Of a stretch of 64,000 nucleotides of DNA, positions 10,579 to 21,156 are shown one piece after another. Position 1 is the first letter of the stretch; each line of letters starts with the position of its first letter. Source of the stretch: an uncultured delta proteobacterium. GTDB taxonomy: Bacteria > Desulfobacterota > Desulfobacteria > Desulfobacterales > JAFDCJ01. The translations under genes and the position numbers were made by a program. The stretch lies in contig CAVYNY010000016.1 of assembly GCA_963769935.1 (NCBI GenBank), positions 328,209 through 392,208 on the forward strand. Reading direction: 5' to 3'. A model generated the notes under the pieces. That model had not been told where the DNA came from, searched no databases, and worked only from the letters and a program-made list of their open reading frames with translations.

Positions 10579-10674
10579 TATTTATTTCTCCAATAAATAG
10601 CCTGGGGTATAGAATCTCCAGGCTCTCGACACAGCCTGAATCAAGAGGCAAGCCATAGGGCCATACTTTAAATA

Positions 10675-11013
10675 CTAAATGTTCTTGTTAACCAGCTTGG
10701 TGCCTATTCCTTTTCTTTGATACTCTTTAGTTACTGAGATGTCATTAATTTCACCGAAGTTTTTATACAACCGAGTTGATGGATATGTCCGCAATAATGA
10801 AAGACTAAATCCGACAATTTTACCATTATATTTCGCAACCAATGGTAAAGCGCAGTCATTACCGACCTGTTCAATGAACCAAAGGGCGCAATCCTCATGA
10901 CCCGTTGCTTTTAATGTGAATATAGGATCATTCTGAGTATGGAATTCTACCATCTCCCTGAAGAGTTCGGCAATTATGTCCTTATCAGATTTATTAACTT
11001 ATCTAATATTCAT
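10675..11013 (-). pseudogene. GNAT acetyltransferase, interrupted and 3'-truncated
   Basis: SVTKEYQRKGIGTKL acetyl-CoA motif; TAA at codon 5; AT-rich. Confidence 0.75.
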
Positions 11014-11022
11014 GTCCGATCA

Positions 11023-11090
11023 TGCTAACGCCCAACTTGATGGGTGCGCATGAAGCGTGACGGAATGAGCATCCTTCTCAAAGCTGATGC
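11023..11090 (-). repeat. Degenerate attC site
   Basis: Plus-strand TGCTAAC (minus GTTAGCA core) just 5' of the GNAT start, followed by an imperfect palindrome. Confidence 0.55.
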
Positions 11091-11100
11091 CTTGTCAAAA

Positions 11101-11871
11101 TCATGGGTAATCCTGGCGCGTGGGGCGAACGACAATATTGCTTATATGCACGTGGGGCGGCTGGGTGACAATATGGAGGATTGCATTTGCAATGTCATCT
11201 CCTATCAGCAATGGACCGAATTTCTCATGAAAGCTAGTCACCAATTCTTCGCTGTAGCCGGCTCCTGCCTGAAACCCGCTCAGTACGGCCCCCGGCTCAA
11301 CCAGCGAAACGCGAACTCCTTTTGATCCGACTTCTCGCCGCAGTCCTTCAGCCAGTGCATGCACCGCAAACTTGGTAGCCCCATATACTGCGCTGAAGGG
11401 CGATATATTTCGCCCGACAGTCGATCCGATTATGACGATGTCGGCCGCCGATTTGGGATAGGCATTTTGTTGAATATCCACCATTTTTTGGGCCGCCTTT
11501 TGAATAAGAGCAAGCGCGCCGCTCACGTTGATTTTTAAAACTTCCTCAAATTGGGTCAGATCAGCGTCTTTGACTGAACCGCCCAGGCCCCTGCCTGCAT
11601 TGGCAACGACAATGTCGGCCTCTCGTCCGAAACGATCGGTAGCCATGGCAAAGAGTTGCTCCACTACAGTATGGTCGGCGGCATTCCCGGCGACACTGCA
11701 AAACGCAGCGCCGATTTCATCTTCAAGCCCGGCCAGTTTTTCAGCGTTTCGCCCGTTGCCGACCACGCCAAAACCGGCAGCCACAAACTTTCGCAGCGTG
11801 GCTTCACCAATACCGGAGGTGGTGCCGGTTACTATGGCAATACGTTTATATTTACCAGACATATTTTTCAC
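11101..11871 (-). CDS. SDR family oxidoreductase
   Basis: TGTTSGIG, NAG, YGATK motifs. Confidence 0.92.
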   Translation of the reverse strand: MKNMSGKYKRIAIVTGTTSGIGEATLRKFVAAGFGVVGNGRNAEKLAGLEDEIGAAFCSVAGNAADHTVVEQLFAMATDRFGREADIVVANAGRGLGGSVKDADLTQFEEVLKINVSGALALIQKAAQKMVDIQQNAYPKSAADIVIIGSTVGRNISPFSAVYGATKFAVHALAEGLRREVGSKGVRVSLVEPGAVLSGFQAGAGYSEELVTSFHEKFGPLLIGDDIANAILHIVTQPPHVHISNIVVRPTRQDYP

Positions 11872-12108
11872 TTTCTCCTGGAATAATTATTAATAAGGAA
11901 CTGGATGTCAAATTTTGATCGGTGATTAATTGATATTCTATAATCACAGATCAAGACCCCATTGTCTCTAATTTTAGTACTCAAAAATTTGAGGTTCAGC
12001 AAGTCAACTCAGTCAACCACGTGCCTTACTTCCCATAAATCATCGTTTTGTTGCGAATAAAACCGAGGCAGGATGCAGGGGGCATTCGGTATGGGCCCCC
12101 GAGTTTAT

Positions 12109-12930
12109 TCAGCGACGGCTGAGGACAAATTCAAGCACCGTCTGGTTGAACTTCTCCGGCTCTTCATAGAACGGCATGTGCCCGCTGTGTTCAAAGAACA
12201 CTGTTTTGGCACCTGCGATCTTTTCGCCCACATACGCGCTGCCCTGCCACGGGAACACCTTCGACTGCCGCCCCACGCACACCAGCACCGGCAATTTGAC
12301 CTGCGGGAACAGATCACGCCAATCCAAATGCGTGTGGTCGGCCATGATGTCGGCCCGCACTTTGGGCGGGCATTTGTCGATCTCCCGGGCAAGTGATTCG
12401 ACTTCTTCAGTTGTCGGCTGATAGGTCCCGCCGAAACACCCGGTTACCAGTCCCCGGGCCACGCCTCCCGCGTCATATTCCAGCCGGACGGTGAGCACGG
12501 ACAGGGCCTCGGCGTCATAGCAGCCCGGCTGCCCCCAGCGCCATGTTTCGTTGTAGTACTGCCGCGGCGACTGATCCACACTCACGTGCCCCGCGAGGTG
12601 TTCGTTCCCAAAAAGATCCAGGTAACTCCAGATAATGCCCGCCCCCATGGACCATCCCAGCACCGTGACCCGTTCCAGACCCAGGGCCTCAATGAGATCC
12701 CTGACATCTTTGGCATAGCGCGCGATGCGATGTCCCCAGGTCACTTTCTCTGAGTCGCCGTGTGCACGCATGTCCGGGGCGATGACGCGGCAGGACTGCG
12801 CCAGGGGGGCAATATTTTTCCGGAAGAAGTTATGGGTACATGTCCACCCGGGGATCAAGATAAGCGGTGGACCTTCGCCGAAATCCTCATAATAGAGTTG
12901 GACCCCATCATTGGTTGTGATAGTCGGCAT
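12109..12930 (-). CDS. Alpha/beta hydrolase (non-heme haloperoxidase/arylesterase-like)
   Basis: GWSMG nucleophile elbow, C-terminal SGHMPF. Confidence 0.9.
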   Translation of the reverse strand: MPTITTNDGVQLYYEDFGEGPPLILIPGWTCTHNFFRKNIAPLAQSCRVIAPDMRAHGDSEKVTWGHRIARYAKDVRDLIEALGLERVTVLGWSMGAGIIWSYLDLFGNEHLAGHVSVDQSPRQYYNETWRWGQPGCYDAEALSVLTVRLEYDAGGVARGLVTGCFGGTYQPTTEEVESLAREIDKCPPKVRADIMADHTHLDWRDLFPQVKLPVLVCVGRQSKVFPWQGSAYVGEKIAGAKTVFFEHSGHMPFYEEPEKFNQTVLEFVLSRR

Positions 12931-13120
12931 AACAATACGCTCCTTTCTGAAGTATACTGAAAACCGCGCCGAGCGCGAAACTGAGAGGCCGGGCGGGGGG
13001 CTAAAAATTAAATGATTTCAAATGCCCCAGCTTGCAAGGCTATAGAGCACCTTCATATTCGATTCGCCAGGCACGTTTCATGGAGCTTTTTTAACAAAAC
13101 CCAGATAAACATGTCAATCC

Positions 13121-13282
13121 TTAGGGTTCACGAAAAAATTAATTCACAATTTTAGGCGTTGCGGCGCCCGGCTGGCAAGGCGTGAAAACGCAGGAACATC
13201 TGGATATTCCGAGCTTTCGCAACGCCGCCAAGCGGGATGCAGCGGCATATAAAATGTGAAGTTATTTCTGAGTGAGCCCTTA
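13121..13282. mobile_element. MITE-like long imperfect palindrome (~160 bp)
   Basis: Ends TTAGGGTTCAC...TTCACAATTT and AAATGTGAA...GTGAGCCCTTA are complementary; interior also partly palindromic. Confidence 0.55.
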
Positions 13283-13601
13283 CTCACAAACCAAGATTTG
13301 ACAACCGTTTTTTACGATTTACAATCTTACGGGCGGGATGGCTTCGTTGGGCGTGCCCGCGGCCGCGGGAGCCGAATACGCCTGCAATGACTTGAAAGCA
13401 ACGACAATCCTGCCTTATGGATGACGAAGGAAAAAGTGGGTCTCAACTTTTGTCCTTCGTCATCGGTCGCCCGTTCCGCACGCCGGGTGGGGACAATGCA
13501 CCTGCAGGGTGAAACGCGGACCGAATGTCAATGATACTCGAATTTAATGAAAGGCAGGGTGTTGCAGCGGTAAGCGATCGCGAATGTCCCTGAACAGATA
13601 A

Positions 13602-14735
13602 ATGGCCATCGATTTTTCTGATATTCCGATTTTGGACCAGCATGCCCACTCGCTTCTGCGCCAACCACCGGCCGAGCTGCGTGATTGGCTGCAGTTTTTT
13701 ACCGAAAGCGCCGATCCCGATATTATTTCCCATCACGTGCCCCACACACTGTTCTTCCAATTTGCCGTCAAGGCACTGGCCGGATTGCTGGGTTGCGAGC
13801 CGAAGCCGGAATCGGTTCTGGCGGAGCGTGACAAGCTGGGCCAGCAAGGCTGGGCCGAGCGCGTGATTCGAGATGCCAACATCACCGGCATGCTGATGGA
13901 TTACGGCTTCCAAAGTGAAGGAAGCTATACGCACAAAGAACTTACCAAATTGCTCCCCTGCCGGGTTGAGCCGATTTTACGCTTGGAGACGTTGGCCCAG
14001 AAACTGATTTTGCAGTACGAAACATGGGACCAGGTGCTCGATGCATTTATCGCTGAGGTCGAAGGCGCGAAAAAGGCCGGCTATGTTGCGCTCAAGAGCA
14101 TCATCGCCTACCGTACCGGCCTGAACATCCGTGAGTGGCCGCGCAGTGAAGTTAAGGCCGCCTTTGGGCAGACAAAGGAGTTGGCCCGGCGCCAGGGCCA
14201 AATTCGCCTGGCGACCCAGCCGCTCAACGACACCCTTGTCATTCACGCGCTGGACATATCCGAAAGCCAGGGTTTGCCGTTCCAGTTTCATACGGGTTTC
14301 GGCGACGCGGACGTCGACTTGCGCCTGGCCAATCCGCTCAACTTTCGGCCTTTGCTTCAAAGCGCCAAATACACGCATGTGCCCTGGGTGCTTTTGCATC
14401 AGGGATACCCCTATGTCCGCGAGGCCGGCTATCTGGCCGGCATCTATGCAAATGTCTACACTGACTTATCGCTGGCAATCCCTTTTGCGGTGAGCGAGAC
14501 CGACATGCTGCTGACCCAGCTCCTGGGTTTGGCGCCGACCAGCAAACTGCTGTATGCCTCTGACGGTTTCAGCGTGCCTGAGCTATTCTGGCTGGGGGCT
14601 AAAGCGGCCCGCGCCGGGCTGGAACGCGTGCTCGGTCTTCAAGTTGACAACGGGGTGCTCAGCGTCGGTGAAGCATATACGACGGCCGAGCAAATATTGT
14701 TCCGAAACAGTGAACGGCTCTATCTTCTGAAATAA
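13602..14735 (+). CDS. Amidohydrolase family protein (FluG N-domain-like)
   Basis: DQHAH, KSIIAYRTGL, QFHTGFGD, LYASDG motifs. Confidence 0.88.
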   Translation: MAIDFSDIPILDQHAHSLLRQPPAELRDWLQFFTESADPDIISHHVPHTLFFQFAVKALAGLLGCEPKPESVLAERDKLGQQGWAERVIRDANITGMLMDYGFQSEGSYTHKELTKLLPCRVEPILRLETLAQKLILQYETWDQVLDAFIAEVEGAKKAGYVALKSIIAYRTGLNIREWPRSEVKAAFGQTKELARRQGQIRLATQPLNDTLVIHALDISESQGLPFQFHTGFGDADVDLRLANPLNFRPLLQSAKYTHVPWVLLHQGYPYVREAGYLAGIYANVYTDLSLAIPFAVSETDMLLTQLLGLAPTSKLLYASDGFSVPELFWLGAKAARAGLERVLGLQVDNGVLSVGEAYTTAEQILFRNSERLYLLK

Positions 14736-15701
14736 TCTTTCCGATCATTACCTCACGGGGTAATAAGTAGGATTCATGGATCACTATCCCACAATTGGGA
14801 ATTAGTTTTGGGCAATCTTTTCCCAAACAAGCTGCACCAGATCTTCTCCACCCCCTCCGGCATAAGCACGCACAAGGTACTGTTTCACCATCCTCGTCGA
14901 GTTGAAATAAGATGCATTGACGGCTATCGTGCTTCTCATAACCTGAAGATAACCCGGCGGGTTGTTGTAAAGTAAAGATCCGGGTCCAGAGGCCCCGCCG
15001 AAGGCGGGGTTTGACTACACCCCGGAGGGGTGGTGTTGGCCGTTCGAGAACCCATGGAATAATGGAATACTGGGGATCAAAAGCGGCTGCTGGACTGATT
15101 TTATTTTCTGGTCTTTGCCAGCCACATAAAAAAGATCTAATTCCGCCAAACCCAGTATTCCAACATTCCAATATTCCATCACTCCACGGCTTACGTAACG
15201 GCCAAGCCAATTTCCTATGACCTGGCCCGGCTTCCGGCCCGTAGGGCCTACAGCCCGGAGGGAGAACCAGGTTTTCAATGTTAGAATAACACCAATCCAC
15301 CCCCATCCACTCGATAAAAATCCGTATTTTCGAAAGTAAGGACGAGAAGAAACTGCCTCAATCCAAGCCTAATCAAAAATATGGTACTATTTGTCATCAG
15401 TAACGACTCATTACAAAAAAACAAATAGACAAAAATATGTATTTTGGCTTTTTTTTTAGCGTATGCGCGAATTTAGGCGACCTATTGAAAATTCCTGCTG
15501 GATGTGAGTTGAAAACCGCAGATTCAATGAGGATATCTGGTTTAATCTTTAACTGAATATTCACTTATACAGTCCCGCAGAGTAGGGTTATTTTCTCATA
15601 TAAATAGGTGATTGACCCTATTTTCTTAAGGCCATTAAAGAATTATCATACATACAAATGCCGTTAAGGCCGCATTTTTTTCAACCCAGCGCTGACAGTG
15701 T

Positions 15702-16079
15702 GTGCATTTAACTCTGATTGTACCAATGGTTCCAATCAACAATCAGAATTCACATCTAATCCCAATTTTTAATCTGCTGCAGCAAAAAGAAGAATATCAG
15801 AAGAAGATGGAAGCCAAACTGCAAAAATTTGACCAAGATATACAGCAACTACAGGACAAGGTTCAATCCAAAGCGTCCGACCTGAAAGAGGAAAGCAAAG
15901 CGAAATTTAATCAGGCCTTGGAAGAGTTACAGAAAAAAAAGCAGGAGGTCTCTGATAAGTTGACGGAACTTAAGTCTGCAACCGGCAAAGCGTGGGATGA
16001 CACGAAGGCCGGTGTGGATTCGGCCATGGACGAGTTGGGCAAAGCATACAACCAGGCACGTTCGCACTTTGAATCATGA
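15702..16079 (+). CDS. Small coiled-coil stress-response-like protein (start uncertain)
   Basis: KEEYQKKMEAKL...AWDDTKAGVDSA helical pattern. Confidence 0.6.
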   Translation: MHLTLIVPMVPINNQNSHLIPIFNLLQQKEEYQKKMEAKLQKFDQDIQQLQDKVQSKASDLKEESKAKFNQALEELQKKKQEVSDKLTELKSATGKAWDDTKAGVDSAMDELGKAYNQARSHFES

Positions 16080-16195
16080 AAGCAAAGGAAAACTGACACC
16101 ATTCATAGCTTCAAATTTTCTTATACCTGAAATTGACTATTTCGCTTTAAGTGAATTTCATTGAGGCATCTGTTCTTCTATTCGGCCAATTTAAT

Positions 16196-17608
16196 ATGAA
16201 CCGGTCCTGGATTAGTATCATTTGCAAGCTGCTTGTCATCCTTAATTCAGGAATTTTCTTTGCATTCATCAGCGGTTGTGGTCCTTCGCTGCCGCCTATC
16301 GACGATGTCATCCTTGAGGCATCAGAATCAAACAGATTTCCTGAAATCATAGGTCCTCAGGGCCCTCTGCCGAACTTCGAAGCTAAAGCGATCATCAAAA
16401 CGCTCGAACAAAAGACTTGGTGGAGCGACATTTTACGGCGACAAATTTCGCTGGCCGAATTGATCGGGGGGTCACCCTTATCAGCCGGCAACAAAGCCAC
16501 CTTGCTGGTGGACACTTCCTCCACCTATGCCGCCATGCGAGAGATAATTCGAAACGCGAAGGATCATATCAACTTTGAAACTTATATTTTTGATAACGGT
16601 GAAACCGGCCGGGAGTTAGCCGATTTGTTGCTTGAAAAACAGGCCGCGGGAGTGCAGGTCAACCTCATTTATGACAGCTTTGGCTGTTTAAGCACTCCGG
16701 CAGCCTTCTTTCAGCGCCTTCGCGACGGTGGTGTAAAGACCCTCGAGTTCAATCCAATCAATCCTTTGGCAAGGTCGCGCGGCAGCGATTACCCCCTTGA
16801 GAGAGATCACCGCAAGATCCTGATAGTCGACGGTTCAATCGCAATAACCGGCGGCGTAAACATCGGTTCCCGTGTCTCTGAAAGTCTGCAGGGTGAATAT
16901 CCACAAGAAGTTAAGCGCAGACCGTGGCGGGATACCGATGTTCAAATTGAAGGTCCGGCCGTAGCCGAGTTTCAGCGGCTTTTCCTGCACACGTGGGCAA
17001 GACACGATGGACCTCCGCTTGCGCCGAGCAAATTTTTCCCTCCCCTTAAGAAAAGCGGAGATCAACTGGTAAGAGTTGTAGGCAGCAGTCCGGGCGAGAA
17101 AAACCGACTCACATACATGATGTATGCCGGTGCCGTCACCTTTGCTGAAAGTTCCGTCCACATCACCGCTGCTTACTTTGTGCCAGACAAAGAGGTTGTC
17201 CGGGCGCTCACCGAGGCCGCTGCGCGCGGTGTAGACGTGAAGCTTATCCTGCCGTCAACCAGCGATCATTCTTTAGTTTTCAGCGCCGGCCGATCTTATT
17301 ATACCCAGCTGCTGAAATCGGGGATTAGGTTGTATGAGCGCCGCAACAGGCTGCTGCATGCCAAGACCGCGGTTATAGACGGGGTCTGGTCTACGGTTGG
17401 ATCAACCAACATGGACCTGTGGAGTTTTTTGAGAAATGACGAGGTCAACGCGGTGATTCTCGGCAGGGGTTTTGCAACCCAAATGGAAGCGATGTTTGCA
17501 AACGACTTGGAAAAATCGAATCAGATTACTCTGGACAAATGGGAAAAGCGTCCATTGACAGACCGTATCGCGGAGTGGTTTGGGCGTCTTTTCGCTTATT
17601 GGTTCTAA
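16196..17608 (+). CDS. cls: Cardiolipin synthase / phospholipase D family
   Basis: Two HKD motifs (HRKILIVD, HAKTAVID); lipoprotein-like signal ending ISGC. Confidence 0.9.
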   Translation: MNRSWISIICKLLVILNSGIFFAFISGCGPSLPPIDDVILEASESNRFPEIIGPQGPLPNFEAKAIIKTLEQKTWWSDILRRQISLAELIGGSPLSAGNKATLLVDTSSTYAAMREIIRNAKDHINFETYIFDNGETGRELADLLLEKQAAGVQVNLIYDSFGCLSTPAAFFQRLRDGGVKTLEFNPINPLARSRGSDYPLERDHRKILIVDGSIAITGGVNIGSRVSESLQGEYPQEVKRRPWRDTDVQIEGPAVAEFQRLFLHTWARHDGPPLAPSKFFPPLKKSGDQLVRVVGSSPGEKNRLTYMMYAGAVTFAESSVHITAAYFVPDKEVVRALTEAAARGVDVKLILPSTSDHSLVFSAGRSYYTQLLKSGIRLYERRNRLLHAKTAVIDGVWSTVGSTNMDLWSFLRNDEVNAVILGRGFATQMEAMFANDLEKSNQITLDKWEKRPLTDRIAEWFGRLFAYWF

Positions 17609-17657
17609 AATTCATAATATTGCGCTTGTTGAATGCCAAATAAAAATTGTCTATATC

Positions 17658-17724
17658 GGCCTATTTTAGAGGGCCGAATTGGCAATTGTTCGTTCCATAT
17701 CAAATACTTCGCGTGACCCGACCC
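17658..17724. repeat. Dispersed ~70-bp repeat, copy 2
   Basis: Matches 9658-9720. Confidence 0.8.
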
Positions 17725-17862
17725 TCGAACCTCTCTTTTCACTTTTAATTTGCAGCTATCACACCGGGCTTTGCGATACAATCAAATAGATTGAATATCA
17801 AGTCTCTGCTTGACTCGGAGTTGCCGAAGGATTCCGGATGGCAAGCGGGCCGCGGTTGCTGT

Positions 17863-18303
17863 CTATGATCCAAGCAAACACTTCTCTGACCTGTTGTGTC
17901 CCTCATAATACCGCGCTTCAATGAGGTTTCTTTGCGGGTCTCGAAAATAAATGGAAGTCCCGGTACCGTGTGCACCCCATCGTGGAACAGGCCCTTCCTC
18001 TATATCAACATTGTTGGCCTTGAGTCGCTCTCGTAGTTCCTCCCATGTCTCTTTACTCAGAGCAATACAGAAATGATTTAAATTGTCACGGCCCTTCCCG
18101 GTCGTCGAGCTTTTCTGCCATAACTTTTTCGGAAACAGGTCTATAATCGTATCTGAATTCAGTCGCACAGACGGAAATGGTACTTTCCCTGCGCGGTACT
18201 CCTTCAATCGCTCAGAAGCAAGCATCAATACTTTCGAATAGAAAGCAATCATCTTTTCATCGTCTTCCATATTCAAAACTATGTGATCCATTAAACATTG
18301 CAT
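17863..18303 (-). CDS. VOC/glyoxalase family protein
   Basis: MDHIVLN, LNHFC, SIYFRDPQRNLIEARYY. Confidence 0.9.
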   Translation of the reverse strand: MQCLMDHIVLNMEDDEKMIAFYSKVLMLASERLKEYRAGKVPFPSVRLNSDTIIDLFPKKLWQKSSTTGKGRDNLNHFCIALSKETWEELRERLKANNVDIEEGPVPRWGAHGTGTSIYFRDPQRNLIEARYYEGHNRSEKCLLGS

Positions 18304-18313
18304 AGTCAGTCCC

Positions 18314-18421
18314 TCCAATATTTTCCGCCAGTAAGCAGCGGCCCGAATTAATTCCAAATCTGCAATGCCTTTGCGTAAAACCGCTACCTATACGCCGTCT
18401 GCACCAGTGGCCTTGTTATGT
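18314..18421 (-). repeat. Degenerate attC site
   Basis: Minus-strand ACATAAC inverse core, arms CCAGTAAGCAGCGGC/GCCGTCTGCACCAGTGG, directly 5' of the VOC gene. Confidence 0.55.
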
Positions 18422-18809
18422 TCTCCACCATCCCATCTTTTGTGATATGCTTTCGGACAGGATACCGCCGAGTCGATCTAAAAAATCATCACGGGCGGGG
18501 TCAACGAAAAAAACTTTCTTCGATTAATTGCCCTCACAATGATATGATGCAGCGCTCCGCGAGCTTCTGTGTGGGCTTTTCGAAGCATGTCAACCAGGTA
18601 TCAAATAAATCCGAATTGGTAATCCGTAAATCCGAGGAACGTCCCCGATAGCTCCTCGATAGCTCCTAATTTACCCTCTGTACCCTGCAAATTTCTACTT
18701 GCAGGGTGACTCTGACCTCCCCAGCACACAAGCTTTACCCATATGCACAACCGGACTTCTTGAACAATGGATTGAAAACGACCTTGCAGGTCGTGTCAAT
18801 CCCTATGGG

Positions 18810-19286
18810 TTAGGCAACACTCGGTGCGCCGAGTACGGCGGCCTGGTACTGGCTGAGAAGCTGGGGGTCATCTATGGAGCCATGGTGATGCACCTGGCGC
18901 CACGAGCCATTGACCTTCGAGAAGATGCGAGAGGTGCGAATGGCCAGGGGCAGATCGAGGCTCTGGACGCGGAAGTGACCGCGCTCGCGGCCAACCGCAT
19001 AGAACATTTCGGGCGACTCATGGATGGTGTAGTCCCAGAACTCGACGTAGACCTGTGCCGAACCCGTGAAGAGGCGCTCGTAGACGGGACGGATAGAGTC
19101 CCAGCCGCGCTTGATGCCACCGAGTGGGTTGTCCATGGCAATGTCCTCGGAAGAGGCCCAGTTCGCTGCCATAAGCGACATATCCCGGCCGTTGAAGGCA
19201 CGGTAGAACTGAACGAGAGCCAGATAGGATGACGGCTGGCCGGCGTCGGGTTCTGTGCCGGTGATCGCTGACTGGATGGTATTCAT
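18810..19286 (-). CDS. NTF2/SnoaL-like protein, first integron cassette
   Basis: FYRAFN...WRQVHHHGS; GTTAGGC just before the ATG and GCCTAAC overlapping the stop. Confidence 0.85.
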   Translation of the reverse strand: MNTIQSAITGTEPDAGQPSSYLALVQFYRAFNGRDMSLMAANWASSEDIAMDNPLGGIKRGWDSIRPVYERLFTGSAQVYVEFWDYTIHESPEMFYAVGRERGHFRVQSLDLPLAIRTSRIFSKVNGSWRQVHHHGSIDDPQLLSQYQAAVLGAPSVA

Positions 19287-19294
19287 GAGGTCTC

Positions 19295-19340
19295 CTGTGT
19301 TGCCTAACAAGTGATTAAGTGGTTTCCGTTTATCATGCGA
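19295..19340 (-). other. Putative attI site
   Basis: GTTAGGC core at 19302-19308 between the first cassette and the divergently transcribed intI. Confidence 0.65.
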
Positions 19341-19468
19341 AAGTTGAATAAACCTGTTGTTTAATTCCAATATTTAAAAATAATTGACAACGAATATTTG
19401 AATTATAGCAGTTTTCTAACTGTTTAACACTCTATAAATCACATTAAACGGAGGCTGGATAAGTACCA

Positions 19469-20324
19469 ATGAGAAAATTGCCTGCCGAACTGTTATCATC
19501 CTACAAAGTCTTGTTAGTTTCAAAAAATATTCCTGAAGGATATCACGCCCATTATCTGAAATGGCTGCGATACTATTTGGATTTTTGTAATAAATATCAA
19601 TTCAACGAATCCAATCCGAAAAGCCTCCCGGATTTTATCGGGAAATTAAACAGAAAAAAGGCAATCTGCCGCTCAACAAAAACAGGCCGATTTGGCGGTC
19701 CGTTTTTATTACGAAATAATTCAGGCAGAACATGATGAATCCCGGGAAAAATCTAACCGAAAACCGGAATCTCCTTTAATCATTAAAGAAAATCCAAAAT
19801 CTTTCCAGCCGCTTTCTTTTAAAGCCAAATTTAAGCCAAGTTCAAGCAAGCAAGCTCCAGAGAAGAAAATTGCAGCTTATAAAAATCTTAATGAAAAATG
19901 GAACGTCACCCTAAACGACCTGGCCAATGAAATAAAGGTCAGGCACTATTCACCAAAGACGCTGAAATCCTATTCCACAAAAAAGTACAAAAACTGCGCC
20001 AAAGAGTTTGTTTGGCAGTGGTTTTTTCCTGCCAAAACGCTCACATTTGTTCCCGAGACCAGGGAATACCGCCGATATCATCTCCACGAAACTCACGTTC
20101 AAAAAGCTATCAAGCGGGCGGTCAACAAAGCCAAAATCCCCAAACGGGCCACGTCTCATACCTTCCGCCACAGTTACGCCAGCCATTTGCTGCAGGCCAA
20201 CTACGACATCCGCACGATACAGGAGCTGCTAGGCCACAGCGATGTCAGAACCACCATGATTTATACCCATACCGTCAAAAGCGTCACCATCAAAGAGGCC
20301 AGAAGCCCGCTGGATTTCGAGTGA
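19469..20324 (+). pseudogene. intI: Integron integrase, frameshifted and internally deleted
   Basis: [11 protein letters not shown] joined directly to the IntI-specific insertion KKY...WQWFFP...[15 protein letters not shown] and [15 protein letters not shown] retained; box I absent. Confidence 0.9.
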
Positions 20325-20809
20325 TTTCATGAACCGGTATTAACGCCCTGCTGGCTGGATTCTGGTTAATGGTTTGGGAATGCCAGCTTGATGTTCAACG
20401 AGATTCAGAGGCGGTTTTTTATCGCTTCAAAAACAATCATCCCGAATTCCAGAGATCGCTTTCTATGTAACTTTTTTCGTAAAATTTTTCAATATTACAG
20501 CTACTTGCCCGAAATCGGCAATGTAAACAGGGTAAGGAACCGGGGAAAAAATACACGCATCCGCTCGTCTGGAGTTCCATTCCAATGCCATGCTGGGGGC
20601 CCACCCAAATCCATTATCTAAGCGCGTGTATTTTTTATGTAAAACTGCTTTGCAGTTTTATTTCGGGGTGAGAATTTTAGACTTGTTTTTTAATAATAGC
20701 CGAAAAAATGTTAGATGTAAATCCGCATTTATACTCATAATCAAATGCGTATTAATACCTAACGATTGAGTAGAAATACCTAATCTCGAGAAGGCTAAAG
20801 GTTAAAGGA

Positions 20810-21080
20810 GAAAGGTTAAAGGATAAGGTGCTGCTTGAATCGGGGAGGCGGTGAAACGGAGAATCGGGGAAACGGCGAAAAGAAAGAAGGTGAGAAGATC
20901 AGAAGCCCAGATTAAGAAACTGGGAAACGGCGGGAAAGAAAGAAGGTGGGAGACGAATAGAGGGCCAGAAGGTGAGAGGGTGCGAGGGTGGGAAAGGGAT
21001 AGAAGATCAGAAGCTGAGAAGATCAGATTAAAAAACGGTATTGAAAGGATACAATGGAGAAACGGAGAGTGGTGGTGAGT
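20810..21080. repeat. Purine-rich degenerate 7-8-mer tandem repeat tract
   Basis: GGAGAAAC/GAAACGG/AGAAGATC units; related tract at 25580-25770. Confidence 0.75.
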
Positions 21081-21156
21081 TTTTCTCAATTTATTGACAT
21101 CATCCAGCTGCATGATATATATTTTGGTATCTATCAAAATCAACCGGAGGTGTCCC

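Noticed and set aside
13330..13470. Possible riboswitch upstream of the amidohydrolase (hairpin GATGACGAAGGA/TCCTTCGTCATC)
   Set aside because: No recognisable aptamer consensus; it resembles the short inverted repeat tracts seen elsewhere.
14659..15306. 215-aa ORF and overlapping short ORFs
   Set aside because: They are translations of intergenic repeat sequence with no protein-like motifs.
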